The notes: generated by a model not told the origin, from the letters alone. 64,000 nt of DNA from Thermoanaerobaculia bacterium (GCA_035536275.1 DATLOL010000080.1:1263-65262), one strand, 5' to 3'. Shown: positions 20,412 through 30,181, numbered from the stretch's first letter. Program-made: numbers and translations.

Positions 20412-22546
20412 AGAGTGCGGCATTCGCGGCGTTGCTCCTCCTCGCGTCGCCGGACGCGATCGGAGCGACCGCGATCCGCGTTTTCACGCGAGATCCTGGA
20501 CGCTGCAGCGCCGGAACGATCCACGCTGAGCCTCAGTGTGACGGATGCGCGGAGACGCGCGTCGCGCGGTGGAACGCGCGCGACGGAGTCGCCGATTTCC
20601 AACTCGACCTCGTCGACGTGCCGCAGTGGCGCGTTCACTCCACCGCCGACGGATGCTGGAGCGCGCGCGTTCTCGTCGACGGCGCCGCGGAGGCTGTGAC
20701 GCTCACGGTGTGGCCGGCCGCCCGTTTCGTGGCGGCGCTCTCGACTCCGCGCGGCGACAACGCGCCTGAGGCCTTGCAGTTGCGTGTGCGCAGCGTCCGC
20801 GAAGGGGAAATCCCGGATGCCGAGATCGACTGCCGGAGAGCAGACGATCGCTGGCGCTGCGACGTGCCCGCGACCTCGATCGATGTGAGAGTCGCGCCTC
20901 GAGGCTTCGTTCCGCATTACCTGTGGGGCATCCGTCCGAAGGCGGGAATGACTCTCGATGCCGGCAAGCTCGAGCTCCGTCGCGGCGCGTCGATCAGCGG
21001 ACGGGCCGCGGTCCCGGCGCGCGACGCGGCCGCACCGATCACCGTGACGCTCGCACCGGACGCGTTCACCGACACTCCGGGCCGGACGGGCCTGCAGACG
21101 TTCACGGTCACGACGAACGAACGTGGTTTCTTTCAGCTCGCGGGCTTTTCCCCGGGCGCGTGGACGATCACCGCGTCGCGGAGCGGTTGGTCGCCGGCTC
21201 AGACGAAGGTCGTCGTCCGCAGCGCTGACGAGACCGTTCTTCCATCGACGCTCATGCTGCAGCCGCGCGCGCGCGTCGCGTTGCAACTCGACCCGCCGTT
21301 CGACGTCGGTGGTGCGGACTGGATGGTGAACATCCAGCATGCACCCGCTTGGGGAGTGCGCCTGCCGATTGCCGAATCCCCATCTAGCGACGGACGGTGG
21401 CAGTCCGATCCCGTCGAGAGCGGTCTGTACTTCATCACCGTAAAAGCAGCTGACGGCACCGTGGTCCACAGGGGCGGACAGATGATCGAGCCCGGAATGG
21501 CACCGCTCACGATCCGCATCGATCGGATCGTCATACGTGGGACCGTCACCCTCACGGACGAGGCGCTCGAGGCGCGGCTCACGTTCACTGACAACGCGGG
21601 ACAGCGCATCGTCGTTGCGTCCGATCCAGAGGGTGCGTTCCAGGGTGCCGTCTCGCGGCGCGGTGACGCGAAGTGGAGCGTGGAGGTCGCGCCGAAGGGA
21701 TCGTCGTCCAAGATCCGTGTTCGCAACATACGCATCGAACCGGTCGAAGGAGTGGCGACCGTGTCGATCGATCTCCCCGACGGGAAAGTCGAGGGACAGA
21801 CCGTCGACGACAGCGGCCAGCCCGTACGTGCGTCGGTGCGAGTCGTCGGTAAGGACTCCTCGGCTGAAGCGACGAGTGCCGCGGACGGGTCGTTCACTGT
21901 CGCCGGCCTCGCCGCCGAAGAGGTGAAACTGCAGGCGCAGAACTCCATGGGCGACAGCGGGTTCGTCGCGCACACCGTTCGCGGTGCCGACGACGATCCA
22001 GTGACGCTCGTCCTGGCGAAGAAGCTCAAGGCCAGCATCACTATCGAGACCCCCGCGGGACAGCCATACGCGGGCGCGGTCGTGCGCGTCATCACTTCGA
22101 GCGAACGGATGGTGGAGCAGGTGAGCAGCCCCGCGGGTCGCGTCCCGGTCGTGTCGCCGCAGACCGATCCCGTCGCGCACGTGATCGTCGTGGCGCCAGG
22201 TTATCCGCTGGCGATGCGAGCGGTCCCTCTCACCGGCGACGATGCTTCGCGTCATGTGGTGCTGTCGCGGGCCGCGGGACGCGTGTTGGTGCCGTCCCGA
22301 GCCAACCCGGACATGGTCATCGGTCGTGTCGGGATGCCGCTGCTGCCGCTGTTTGCCTGGCAGGATCCCCCGCCAGGAACGTTTCGGAATCGCGTCGAGG
22401 GCGGATTTTTGCTCGAGCTGGAAGCGGGCGAGTACCGGTTCTGCACCGACACGAAGGAGCAGGTCTGCGCCACGCGCGTCGTCACACCGGGATCGCAGCA
22501 GGCCGTCGACTTCGCTCCGCGCGCCGCGCAAAAGGAGCAGCCTTGA
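20408..22546 (+). CDS. large secreted protein with multiple carboxypeptidase-regulatory-like (Ig-like beta-sandwich) repeats
   Basis: Signal peptide MKSAAFAALLLLASPDAIGA; several repeats of the form ..ISGRA..P...A.VTL..D......G......T...G.F.L.G..PG.W.I.AS..G.. Confidence 0.55.
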   Translation: MKSAAFAALLLLASPDAIGATAIRVFTRDPGRCSAGTIHAEPQCDGCAETRVARWNARDGVADFQLDLVDVPQWRVHSTADGCWSARVLVDGAAEAVTLTVWPAARFVAALSTPRGDNAPEALQLRVRSVREGEIPDAEIDCRRADDRWRCDVPATSIDVRVAPRGFVPHYLWGIRPKAGMTLDAGKLELRRGASISGRAAVPARDAAAPITVTLAPDAFTDTPGRTGLQTFTVTTNERGFFQLAGFSPGAWTITASRSGWSPAQTKVVVRSADETVLPSTLMLQPRARVALQLDPPFDVGGADWMVNIQHAPAWGVRLPIAESPSSDGRWQSDPVESGLYFITVKAADGTVVHRGGQMIEPGMAPLTIRIDRIVIRGTVTLTDEALEARLTFTDNAGQRIVVASDPEGAFQGAVSRRGDAKWSVEVAPKGSSSKIRVRNIRIEPVEGVATVSIDLPDGKVEGQTVDDSGQPVRASVRVVGKDSSAEATSAADGSFTVAGLAAEEVKLQAQNSMGDSGFVAHTVRGADDDPVTLVLAKKLKASITIETPAGQPYAGAVVRVITSSERMVEQVSSPAGRVPVVSPQTDPVAHVIVVAPGYPLAMRAVPLTGDDASRHVVLSRAAGRVLVPSRANPDMVIGRVGMPLLPLFAWQDPPPGTFRNRVEGGFLLELEAGEYRFCTDTKEQVCATRVVTPGSQQAVDFAPRAAQKEQP

Positions 22547-22938
22547 GAAAGCTCGCAATTGTGTCGCTGCTGGTCGTGCCAATGCTGCTCGCCGCCGACG
22601 GTGTGCCGGGATGGATTGGCATCGGCTACCTGTACCGCAAGACGGGACCGGAGGGATGGATGCTCATACAACACGTCATGCCCGACGGACCCGCGGCAAA
22701 GGGTGGTTTGCGGCCACGCGACATCGTCACTCGTATCGACGGCAAGCCGATCACTGTCGCGTCCCAATACGATGTGATGCAGTTGCTGCGCACCGTCAGG
22801 CCTGGCCGGGAGGTCGCTTTCACCGTTCGGCGCGGCGATCTTCCCGTCGTGATCACTGCTGCGAAGATGAACGCGCAGCAGGAGCGTTTGTGGCGCGAAA
22901 CGCTCGACTACGAGCGCGGTCGGGCCAAGCCGCGATGA
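22543..22938 (+). CDS. secreted PDZ-domain protein
   Basis: Signal peptide then canonical PDZ GIGYLY...GWMLIQHVMPDGPAAKGGLRPRDIVTRIDGKPITV; TTG start overlapping the upstream stop. Confidence 0.6.
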   Translation: MRKLAIVSLLVVPMLLAADGVPGWIGIGYLYRKTGPEGWMLIQHVMPDGPAAKGGLRPRDIVTRIDGKPITVASQYDVMQLLRTVRPGREVAFTVRRGDLPVVITAAKMNAQQERLWRETLDYERGRAKPR

Positions 22939-22939
22939 C

Positions 22940-23764
22940 TCACTGCCGCCGCGCGAACGAGCGCATCTCGTTCGTGTAGCGGTGCTCCTCGGGGGCCAGC
23001 TCCGCCGCCGTAGCGTAATACTTTCGGGCCGCTTTGCGGTCGCCGAGGGCTTCGCAGACGGCGGCGAGGTTGAAGTGCAGCGGGGCGGAGCGCGGGTTGC
23101 GTCGCAACTCTGCCTCCCAGGTCGCCCGTGCCTCCGCGATGCGTCCAGACTCGATGAAGCCGAAGCCTTCCTCGAACGCCGGCGCCGACTCATCGAGTTG
23201 AATGTGCTCCCGGATCCTTCGGGGAGTGATGCGCTCCGCTGCGTTGCTTCCGGCGTAGCGTGCGGCCAGGCGCAGCGCTGCATACGTTTCCTCGTCCGAC
23301 AACGTTTCCACGCGCGGTGACGTGCCGTCGCCGCGGCCGAAGAAGCTCGACACCTGCTTCATGTCGCGAGTCCGCACGTCGACGCGGGCTACGCAGACGG
23401 CATCGACCCACACGTGTCGCCGCTTTACGCGGCTGCCGTCCTGGTCGCGCGCCGTGCCTTCGCCCTCGCGGTTGAAGGTCTCGCACGTGAACGAATGCAC
23501 CGTCAGGTACGCATCCGCCGGGCCCGTGCTCTCGCGCGCGTCGCGGGCGTGAAGGAAGCCGGCCTGATTCACCCGATCGATGAAGAACTCGACGAACGTC
23601 TCCGTCGCGTCGGAGTTGCCGGGCGTGTGCACGAGGGCGAGATCGCGGGCCGGGCCGAGATCGTGGACGGCCGGAAGCACGCGCTCGAAGCCGACGCGGG
23701 CGGAGGCCGCGAAGACCGGCGTAGCGAGGAGGATCGGGAACAGCAGGAGTGCGACCCTGCGCAT
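22940..23764 (-). CDS. secreted hypothetical protein with C-terminal TPR-like repeat
   Basis: Start set at MRRVALLLFPILLATPVFAASA (signal peptide; M59 of track ORF). C-terminal APLHFNLAAVCEALGDRKAARKYYATAAELAPE is TPR-like. Confidence 0.45.
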   Translation of the reverse strand: MRRVALLLFPILLATPVFAASARVGFERVLPAVHDLGPARDLALVHTPGNSDATETFVEFFIDRVNQAGFLHARDARESTGPADAYLTVHSFTCETFNREGEGTARDQDGSRVKRRHVWVDAVCVARVDVRTRDMKQVSSFFGRGDGTSPRVETLSDEETYAALRLAARYAGSNAAERITPRRIREHIQLDESAPAFEEGFGFIESGRIAEARATWEAELRRNPRSAPLHFNLAAVCEALGDRKAARKYYATAAELAPEEHRYTNEMRSFARRQ

Positions 23765-23819
23765 GGGACCGCCGCGAATCTTAGCGCCGATTCGACGCCC
23801 TGAGTAGAATCCGCCGCGC

Positions 23820-25085
23820 ATGCGTCTCAACGTCACCAGCGAGATCGGTCGCCTCAAGAGCGTGCTGGTCCACCTTCCCGGGCGGGAGATCGACCTGATG
23901 ATTCCGCCCATGATGGCCCAGCTCCTCTTCGACGACATCCTCTACGGCCAGGTCGCGCGCGAGGAGCATCGCCGTTTCCAGCAGCTCATCCGCTTCATCG
24001 CGGACGACGTGTACGACCTCCAGGACCTTCTCGAGGAGGTCCTCGAAGACGCCGACGCGAAGAAACACATCGTCCGCGATCTCGCGAAGCGCAACGGACT
24101 GCGGCCGCGCATCACCGCGCAGCTTCTCGAGCATCCGGCGGGCGCGCTCGCGGAAGTGCTCATCGCGGGGATCTCCCGCGACAAAGGCTCGGGCGATCTC
24201 CCCGAGTTCGACCTCTTTCCGATCCCGAACCTCTTCTTCATGCGCGACCCGCAGATCGTCCTCGGCGATCGCGTCGTCATCGCATCGATGGCCACGCAGG
24301 CTCGCCGCCGCGAGTCGCTGCTGTCGAAGTACGTATTCGAGAATCACCCGCACTTCCGCGACAACGAGTTCTGGGTGGACTTCATGGCCACCGAGCCGGA
24401 GCGCCCGATGTCGCGCAGCACGCCTACGCTCGAGGGCGGCGACGTGCTGGTGCCCCGTCGCGATCTGCTCCTCGTCGGCGTCACCGAGCGCACGAACAAG
24501 GCCGGCGTGCAGTCGTTGATCTCGTCGCTGAAGAAGGCCAACGCCGGCGTAAACACGGTGATCATCGTCGAGATCCCGCGCCAGCGCTCATTCATGCACC
24601 TCGACACGATCTTCACCTTCATCAACCGGCACGAGTGCCTGGTCTATCCGCCGGTCATCCTGCCGAAGGGCGGACAGGCGGCGAAGGTCACGAGCGTAGA
24701 TCTGACGAAGAAGCGCGGCGCGGCGTACAGCGCGGAGAAGTCGCTGCTCGCGGCGCTGAAGAAGCAGGGCTTCGATCTGGATCCGATCTACTGCGGCGGA
24801 CAGAGCGCCGTCGACCAGCAGCGCGAGCAGTGGACCGATGGGGCGAACGCGTTCGCGCTCGCGCCGGGCGTCATCCTCCTGTACGAGCGCAACGTGCGCA
24901 CCGCGGAGGAGCTGGCCCGCCACGGCTATCACATTGTGTACGAGGACGATCTGCTCCTCGGCCGCACGGAGCTCGAGACCTGGACCGACAAAAAGTACGC
25001 GATCCAGATCGCGGGTAACGAGCTGTCGCGCGCGCGGGGCGGCCCTCGCTGCATGACCATGCCGCTCGAGCGCGAGGAGCTTTGA
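23820..25085 (+). CDS. arcA: arginine deiminase
   Basis: 421 aa, amidinotransferase fold; catalytic-Cys context SRARGGPRCMTMPLERE at C-terminus; conserved FMRDPQIVLGD and HLDT motifs. Confidence 0.85.
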   Translation: MRLNVTSEIGRLKSVLVHLPGREIDLMIPPMMAQLLFDDILYGQVAREEHRRFQQLIRFIADDVYDLQDLLEEVLEDADAKKHIVRDLAKRNGLRPRITAQLLEHPAGALAEVLIAGISRDKGSGDLPEFDLFPIPNLFFMRDPQIVLGDRVVIASMATQARRRESLLSKYVFENHPHFRDNEFWVDFMATEPERPMSRSTPTLEGGDVLVPRRDLLLVGVTERTNKAGVQSLISSLKKANAGVNTVIIVEIPRQRSFMHLDTIFTFINRHECLVYPPVILPKGGQAAKVTSVDLTKKRGAAYSAEKSLLAALKKQGFDLDPIYCGGQSAVDQQREQWTDGANAFALAPGVILLYERNVRTAEELARHGYHIVYEDDLLLGRTELETWTDKKYAIQIAGNELSRARGGPRCMTMPLEREEL

Positions 25086-26033
25086 TTGGCTGACCGCAAG
25101 CTGGCCGTCGTGGCGTTCGGCGGCAACGCGCTCCTTCGCGCCGAAGACCACGGAACCCAGGAAGAGCAGATCGGCCGCGCCAAGCAGGCCGCGCGCTGGC
25201 TCGCGGAGATCGTGCGCTACGGCTACAAGCTCCTGGTCGTGCACGGCAACGGACCCCAGGTCGGGAACATCCTCGTGCAGGCGGAGGAAGCGTCGACCAA
25301 GATCCCGCCACAGTCGCTGGACGTGTGCGTTGCGCAGACCGAGGGCTCGATCGGGTTCATGCTGCAGCAGGCCATTCGCAATCGTCTCGAGTCGATCGGC
25401 CTCGGCGGCGAAGTCGTGACCGTGCTGACGGAAGTCGAGGTCGACGTTGCGGATCCCGCGTTCAAGCGTCCGACGAAGCCCATCGGACCGTTCTTCACGC
25501 GCTATCGTGCCGAGACCCTCGAGCGCGACCTCGGCTGGACGATGCGCGAGGACGCGGGCCGCGGATGGCGTCACGTCGTGCCTTCGCCGAAGCCGCTGCG
25601 CATCCTGAACATCAAGACCATCGCCCGGATGCTCGACACAGCCTCGGTGGTGATCGCAGCGGGCGGCGGCGGCATCCCGGTGGTGAAGGGACGCGACGGT
25701 CAGTGGCGCGGCATCGAGGCCGTCATCGACAAGGACTACGCGTCGGCGCTCCTCGGCGCGGGACTCGACGCCGACGTCTACATCGTGCTGACCGGCGTAC
25801 CGAAAGTCGCGATCGATTTCGGCAAACCGTCGCAGCGTTTCCTCGACCGCATGACGGTGGCCGAGGCGGAGAAGCACATGGCGGACGGACAGTTTCCGCC
25901 CGGCTCGATGGGGCCGAAGATCGACAGCGCGATCCAGTTCGTGCGCCAGTCGGGGCACGAGGTGCTGATCACGGACGTGGAAGTGCTGCGCGAAGCGCTC
26001 GAGGGGAAGAACGGGACCGTGATCACGCGGTGA
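25086..26033 (+). CDS. arcC: carbamate kinase
   Basis: VVAFGGNALL, VVHGNGPQVGN, AAGGGGIPVV amino-acid kinase family motifs; TTG start 1 nt after the arcA stop. Confidence 0.85.
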   Translation: MADRKLAVVAFGGNALLRAEDHGTQEEQIGRAKQAARWLAEIVRYGYKLLVVHGNGPQVGNILVQAEEASTKIPPQSLDVCVAQTEGSIGFMLQQAIRNRLESIGLGGEVVTVLTEVEVDVADPAFKRPTKPIGPFFTRYRAETLERDLGWTMREDAGRGWRHVVPSPKPLRILNIKTIARMLDTASVVIAAGGGGIPVVKGRDGQWRGIEAVIDKDYASALLGAGLDADVYIVLTGVPKVAIDFGKPSQRFLDRMTVAEAEKHMADGQFPPGSMGPKIDSAIQFVRQSGHEVLITDVEVLREALEGKNGTVITR

Positions 26034-26337
26034 CGCGGCAGTCCGGGCAGAACGCGCGCAGCCGCTCGTAGGTCCAGATCCCGTACGTGTGTCCGTCCGC
26101 CCAGTTGGGTTGCAGCGCGTAGTTGCCGACCGGCTCGACGGAATGGAGCACGAACGAATGCGGGGTGTAGCGCTGCGGCAGGCCGCCGGACATGCGCCCG
26201 AACAGATCGGGCTCGCCGGAGCAGACCGCGCACGGACAGTGGCGGCGGAGCTCTTCGAGCGGGTAGTACGATTCGTGGCCGTCGTCCCACACGACGACGA
26301 ACAGATCACCGATTACCTGATATGAATTAGGCCGCAT
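26023..26337 (-). CDS. DUF971 / gamma-butyrobetaine hydroxylase-like N-terminal domain protein
   Basis: 104 aa with CPCAVCSGE and FCPDC zinc-ribbon-like Cys pairs, typical of DUF971. Confidence 0.55.
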   Translation of the reverse strand: MRPNSYQVIGDLFVVVWDDGHESYYPLEELRRHCPCAVCSGEPDLFGRMSGGLPQRYTPHSFVLHSVEPVGNYALQPNWADGHTYGIWTYERLRAFCPDCRVTA

Positions 26338-27121
26338 GGCGACGTATCGATTGTTGCTGGAGTACGAAGGGACTCGCTACTCCGGGTGGCAGGCGCAGGG
26401 TAACACGCAGAAGACGGTGCAGGGCCACCTGCTCCGGGCCGCGCGGGACATCCTCGGCGACGTCGACATCGGCGGCGCCGGCCGCACCGACGCGGGCGTG
26501 CATGCCTCGGGTCAGGTCGCGCATCTGCGCTGCCACAAAACGTCCGATCCGCTGCAGTTGCAGCGCAAGCTGAACGATCTCCTGCCACACGACATCAGCA
26601 TCCTCGACGTCACTCGGGTGAAGGACAACTTTCACGCGCGACACGACGCGATCTCTCGCGTCTACCTCTACCAGATCGCCACGCGCCGCACCGCGTTCGC
26701 CAAGCCGTTCGTGTGGTGGATCAAGGACCGTCTCGACGTCGAGGCGATGCAGACCGCCGCCGGCGCGATCGCGGGACGCCACGACTTCTCGGCGTTCAGC
26801 GACAAGCGGCTGAAGGAGGATGAGTCGCGCATCGTGGTCGTTGAGCGCTGCGAGCTCGCCCGCGAGGGCGATCTGATTCTCGTGCGCATCGCCGCGTCGC
26901 ACTTTCTCTGGAAGATGGTGCGCAAGCTGATGTCGTACTTTGTCGAAGTCGGACGCGGGAACATCGGCGCGACCGACATCGCGTCGCGACTGAATGCGAA
27001 GGCCGAGGGGTGGCAGCCGACGGCGCCGCCGTCGGGACTGTTCCTCGAGGCGATCATCTATCCGCGCGAGACCTTCGATCGGCCGCTGATTCCGATCGTG
27101 CCGGTGGAGAGCCTCAAGTGA
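26336..27121 (+). CDS. truA: tRNA pseudouridine(38-40) synthase
   Basis: YEGTRYSGWQ..., catalytic GAGRTDAGVHA, and SHFLWKMVR motifs. Confidence 0.9.
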   Translation: MATYRLLLEYEGTRYSGWQAQGNTQKTVQGHLLRAARDILGDVDIGGAGRTDAGVHASGQVAHLRCHKTSDPLQLQRKLNDLLPHDISILDVTRVKDNFHARHDAISRVYLYQIATRRTAFAKPFVWWIKDRLDVEAMQTAAGAIAGRHDFSAFSDKRLKEDESRIVVVERCELAREGDLILVRIAASHFLWKMVRKLMSYFVEVGRGNIGATDIASRLNAKAEGWQPTAPPSGLFLEAIIYPRETFDRPLIPIVPVESLK

Positions 27122-28062
27122 ACGAGGCCCAGCTCGTCGCGCGCGTGCGGGAGCTCTTCTCGCCGCGCATCGGCGACGACGCGGCGGTCATCGACGGGCA
27201 GGTCCTCACGACCGACATGCTCGTCGAGGACGTCGACTTCACTCAGGCGATCCCGCTGCGTTTCATCGCCCGGAAGTCGCTGGCGGTCAACCTCTCCGAT
27301 CTCGCGGCCATGGGTGCGACGCCGCAGTACGCGCTGCTCGCGCTGGCGCTGCCGCCGTGGGCTCTCGACGGGGCGGAGGAACTGCTCACCGCCTACGCGG
27401 AGGCGGCGAAGCAGTACGGAATCGAGATCGTCGGCGGCGATTTCTCGCGCGCGGAGAAGCTGACCATCAGCGTGACCGCGATCGGGCGGGTGGGCGCGCG
27501 GCCGCTGCTGCGAAGCGGCGCGAGCCCTGGCGACAAAGTCTATCTCTCGCGCCCGGTCGGCGGCAGCGGCGCCGGCTTCGCGCTCATAGGTCGTATAAGT
27601 CCCATAGGTCCCACAGGCTACGCAGAGCGCGAGTTCATCGAATCAGCCATCCGCCGCCACGTCGACCCCGAGCCCGAGCTTGCCCTCGGCGCTGCGCTTG
27701 CGGAGATTGAGCAGGTCACCGCTTGCATCGATGTGAGTGATGGTCTGTCGAGTGATTTGCACCACCTCTGCGACGCGTCCGCATGCGGCGCGGAAATCGA
27801 GAAAGAGCGCATCCCCGTCTTCTCTGAGCTGGCGAATTACGCGCGCCAGTTCGGCATCGACGTGCGCGACGTCGTGCTGCACGGCGGCGAGGAGTACGCG
27901 TTGCTCTTCACGTCATCGCTACGCGAGTCGGAGCTGAGTGCGCGGCTCAAGCGTCCCGTGTACGCGATCGGCCGGATGACGCGCGAGCGCGGCGTGCTGT
28001 TGAAGGAAGACGGCGTGGCGCGGCCGCTCGAGGCGCGCGGGTGGGATCACTTCGCGCGGTGA
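27118..28062 (+). CDS. thiL: thiamine-monophosphate kinase
   Basis: AIR-synthase-related fold: DDAAV, LVEDVDF, SDLAAMGA, GGDFS, VSDGLSSDL; GTG start overlaps the truA stop (GTGA). The 5' 108 nt of track ORF 27010.. is truA overlap and rejected. Confidence 0.8.
   Translation: MNEAQLVARVRELFSPRIGDDAAVIDGQVLTTDMLVEDVDFTQAIPLRFIARKSLAVNLSDLAAMGATPQYALLALALPPWALDGAEELLTAYAEAAKQYGIEIVGGDFSRAEKLTISVTAIGRVGARPLLRSGASPGDKVYLSRPVGGSGAGFALIGRISPIGPTGYAEREFIESAIRRHVDPEPELALGAALAEIEQVTACIDVSDGLSSDLHHLCDASACGAEIEKERIPVFSELANYARQFGIDVRDVVLHGGEEYALLFTSSLRESELSARLKRPVYAIGRMTRERGVLLKEDGVARPLEARGWDHFAR
27585..27620. repeat. 9-bp (C/T)ATAGGTC(C/G) tandem repeat-like stretch embedded in frame in thiL
   Basis: CATAGGTCG TATAAGTCC CATAGGTCC CACAGGCTA encodes IGRISPIGPTG inside a variable ThiL loop; same unit family as the intergenic arrays. 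Confidence 0.5.
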
Positions 28063-28580
28063 CGGCCGATATTCGACGCGGCCACGGCGCAGACGAACGC
28101 GCCGATGCCGAGGGTCGTGCGCACGGCGTGAGCGCGGCTCCAGTTCTTCACCAGCGACTGGGATTTCTCGCTCGGATAGTCCGTCGCTGGCTGCGCCTCG
28201 AGCTCTTTGTTGATCGGTACCGTGACCATGACCGTCGCCGCGAGCACGCCCGCCAGGCCCACTGCGGACGCCGCGTCGAGGATGCGTCGCGCGGGACCGC
28301 TGGAGCTCGGCGCCGCGATGGCCAGCGTCACGGCAGTGCCCAGTGCCACGGGGCCGATCGCGTTGAAGTAGCCGGCGATCTTCTGCGCCCGGGTGGACTC
28401 TTCGGCGGGAAGCTCGTCGTTCCAGCCCGGGACCAGCGCTGCCTCGCCGAAGCCGAGCGAGCCGGCCAGGAGACCAGCGGTGGTGAGGTTGACGAAGCGA
28501 AGAGCCGTTTCGATCGTGCGGTTCACAGAAATGTAGTGTAGCGAGTTGCGCGCGCAACCCGCTACACCCCGTGAGGTCAT
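28047..28580 (-). CDS. small 4-TM membrane protein (DUF1772-like)
   Basis: Four hydrophobic helices and no other motif; start uncertain. Confidence 0.35.
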   Translation of the reverse strand: MTSRGVAGCARNSLHYISVNRTIETALRFVNLTTAGLLAGSLGFGEAALVPGWNDELPAEESTRAQKIAGYFNAIGPVALGTAVTLAIAAPSSSGPARRILDAASAVGLAGVLAATVMVTVPINKELEAQPATDYPSEKSQSLVKNWSRAHAVRTTLGIGAFVCAVAASNIGRHRAK

Positions 28581-29188
28581 TTCTGCAGCTTCTTCTCGAG
28601 ATCCTTGAGGCGCGTTTCGAGCTCTTTGATGCGGCTCTGCAGCGCGCCGCAGTCGCCTCCGAGGCGTTCGACGCGGGCGCGGAACTCGGGAGTGCCGACG
28701 ATGGTCGGGAGATCCTCGAGCTGCATCAGGCGCGGCGACTGGCGCTCCTTCACGGACGTCACGACGGTCTGGCGCGCGCGGCCGCGGAGCAGGTCGATGC
28801 GCACCGAGTCGCCTTCCTTCTTGTCCTTGAGGGCCATGCGCAACTCGGCAGACGACTTCACGTCCTTGCCGTCGACGGAGAGGAGGATGTCACCGACGCG
28901 GATGCCGGCCTTCTCGGCGGGGCTGTCGTCCTGCACGCTCTCCACGATCACGCCGGCGTCTTTCGGGGCGCCGAAGTGCTCGCGCAGCTCCGGCGAGAGG
29001 CTGACCAGACCGACGCCGATGAACGTGCGCGATCCGAGCAGCGACTCGACGAGATAGCGGTGGTCGCCCTGGGTGGTGATGACCTGGCCGTCGCGGACGA
29101 CGACCGTGTTGGTGCGGCGCACCGGCTGATCCGCCAGAGCCGCCGTGCCGATGACGAATGCGAGTGCGGTGGTGATGATGCGTTTCAT
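28577..29188 (-). CDS. periplasmic PDZ-domain protein
   Basis: Signal peptide MKRIITTALAFVIGTAALA; PDZ core GVIVESVQDDSPAEKAGIRVGDILLSVDGKDV; coiled-coil C-terminus. Confidence 0.6.
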   Translation of the reverse strand: MKRIITTALAFVIGTAALADQPVRRTNTVVVRDGQVITTQGDHRYLVESLLGSRTFIGVGLVSLSPELREHFGAPKDAGVIVESVQDDSPAEKAGIRVGDILLSVDGKDVKSSAELRMALKDKKEGDSVRIDLLRGRARQTVVTSVKERQSPRLMQLEDLPTIVGTPEFRARVERLGGDCGALQSRIKELETRLKDLEKKLQK

Positions 29189-29210
29189 GTCTCTCTCTTT
29201 CCTTTGGGGG

Positions 29211-29594
29211 CTAGTCGTAGTTGCGAAGCGATGCGGGTTGGACGGCGGAGGCGAGGTCCATGATCACCCTGGTCCCGTCGGCGTTCTCGAGCACGACCAC
29301 GGGCTCGCTCTCGGCGGCGCTCTTCTTCACCGCGTTCAGCTCGGCGACGAGGCGCTGCTGTTCCGCTTTCAGGGCGACGGCGTGCTTGTGCTGGCGATGC
29401 TCAAGCACGGCGATCTGCACGACGGCGATGATGCAGACCGCCATGGCGAAGGCCGCCGCCATCCGCCACACGAGCGGACGCCGGACACTCTCCTCGCGTT
29501 CCTGCGCGGCGCGCAGGACGTTACGAGTGAATGCCGGCGACGCGTTCGTGCGCGGGAGCGTGCGCATCAAGTCGCCGAGTCGAGAGTCGTTCAT
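29211..29594 (-). CDS. membrane-anchored anti-sigma factor (putative)
   Basis: Short cytoplasmic N-terminus, single TM (WRMAAAFAMAVCIIAVVQIAVL), periplasmic tail; immediately downstream of an ECF sigma gene. Its 5' end overlaps the sigma ORF by about 74 nt out of frame, so the true start or the sigma stop is uncertain. Confidence 0.45.
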   Translation of the reverse strand: MNDSRLGDLMRTLPRTNASPAFTRNVLRAAQEREESVRRPLVWRMAAAFAMAVCIIAVVQIAVLEHRQHKHAVALKAEQQRLVAELNAVKKSAAESEPVVVLENADGTRVIMDLASAVQPASLRNYD

Positions 29595-30147
29595 GAATTT
29601 CTCCTCCGGTCCACCACGGAGCGAGGTGGCGCCGCAGCAGGTCTCTGGCCCGCGAGATCCGTGACTTCACGGTCCCGCCGGGGATGTCCAGTGCTTTCGC
29701 GATGTCGTCGTACGACCACTCTTCGATCTCGAAGAGCACGAGCGGCGCGCGATATGGAATCGGCAGCTTCTCGATGGCCGCGGACACCTGCCGTTGAATC
29801 TCCGTGGTGAGCAGGTTGGTGTCGGGTGCCGGCTCGTGATGACGCGAGCTGGCGTGAAGGCGCGGGAGGAGGAGGCTCCACCGCTTCTCGCGACGAACGG
29901 CCGTGACGACCAGATTCGTGGCGATGCGGAAGAGATACGGCCCCAGCCGCTCCTGTTGCTTGTACTTGGCTGCGTTGCGATACAGCCTCACGAACGCATC
30001 CTGCGCCACCTCCTCGGCACGGTCCCGGGACCGGACGAGGTGGGTGAGGTAGTTGACCAGCGAGTCCTTGTAACGGCCGACGATCTCCGCGAAGGCGTCG
30101 TCGTCACCCTCGCGAACCCGCTGCATCAGTGCGTCGTCTGTCTGCAT
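29521..30147 (-). CDS. ECF (group IV) sigma factor
   Basis: Region 2 FAEIVGRYKDSLVNYL...EVAQDAFVRLYR and region 4 IPYRAPLVLFEIEEWSYDDIAKALDIPGGTVKSRISRARDLL. Confidence 0.8.
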   Translation of the reverse strand: MQTDDALMQRVREGDDDAFAEIVGRYKDSLVNYLTHLVRSRDRAEEVAQDAFVRLYRNAAKYKQQERLGPYLFRIATNLVVTAVRREKRWSLLLPRLHASSRHHEPAPDTNLLTTEIQRQVSAAIEKLPIPYRAPLVLFEIEEWSYDDIAKALDIPGGTVKSRISRARDLLRRHLAPWWTGGEIHERLSTRRLDAHAPAHERVAGIHS

Positions 30148-30181
30148 CCATGTGATGAACGCACGGGGCGGGAAAAGGTTC

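Noticed and set aside
20345-22582. 745-aa minus-strand ORF opposite the large secreted repeat protein
   Set aside because: Arg-rich shadow ORF; the plus-strand gene has a signal peptide and repeated Ig-like domains.
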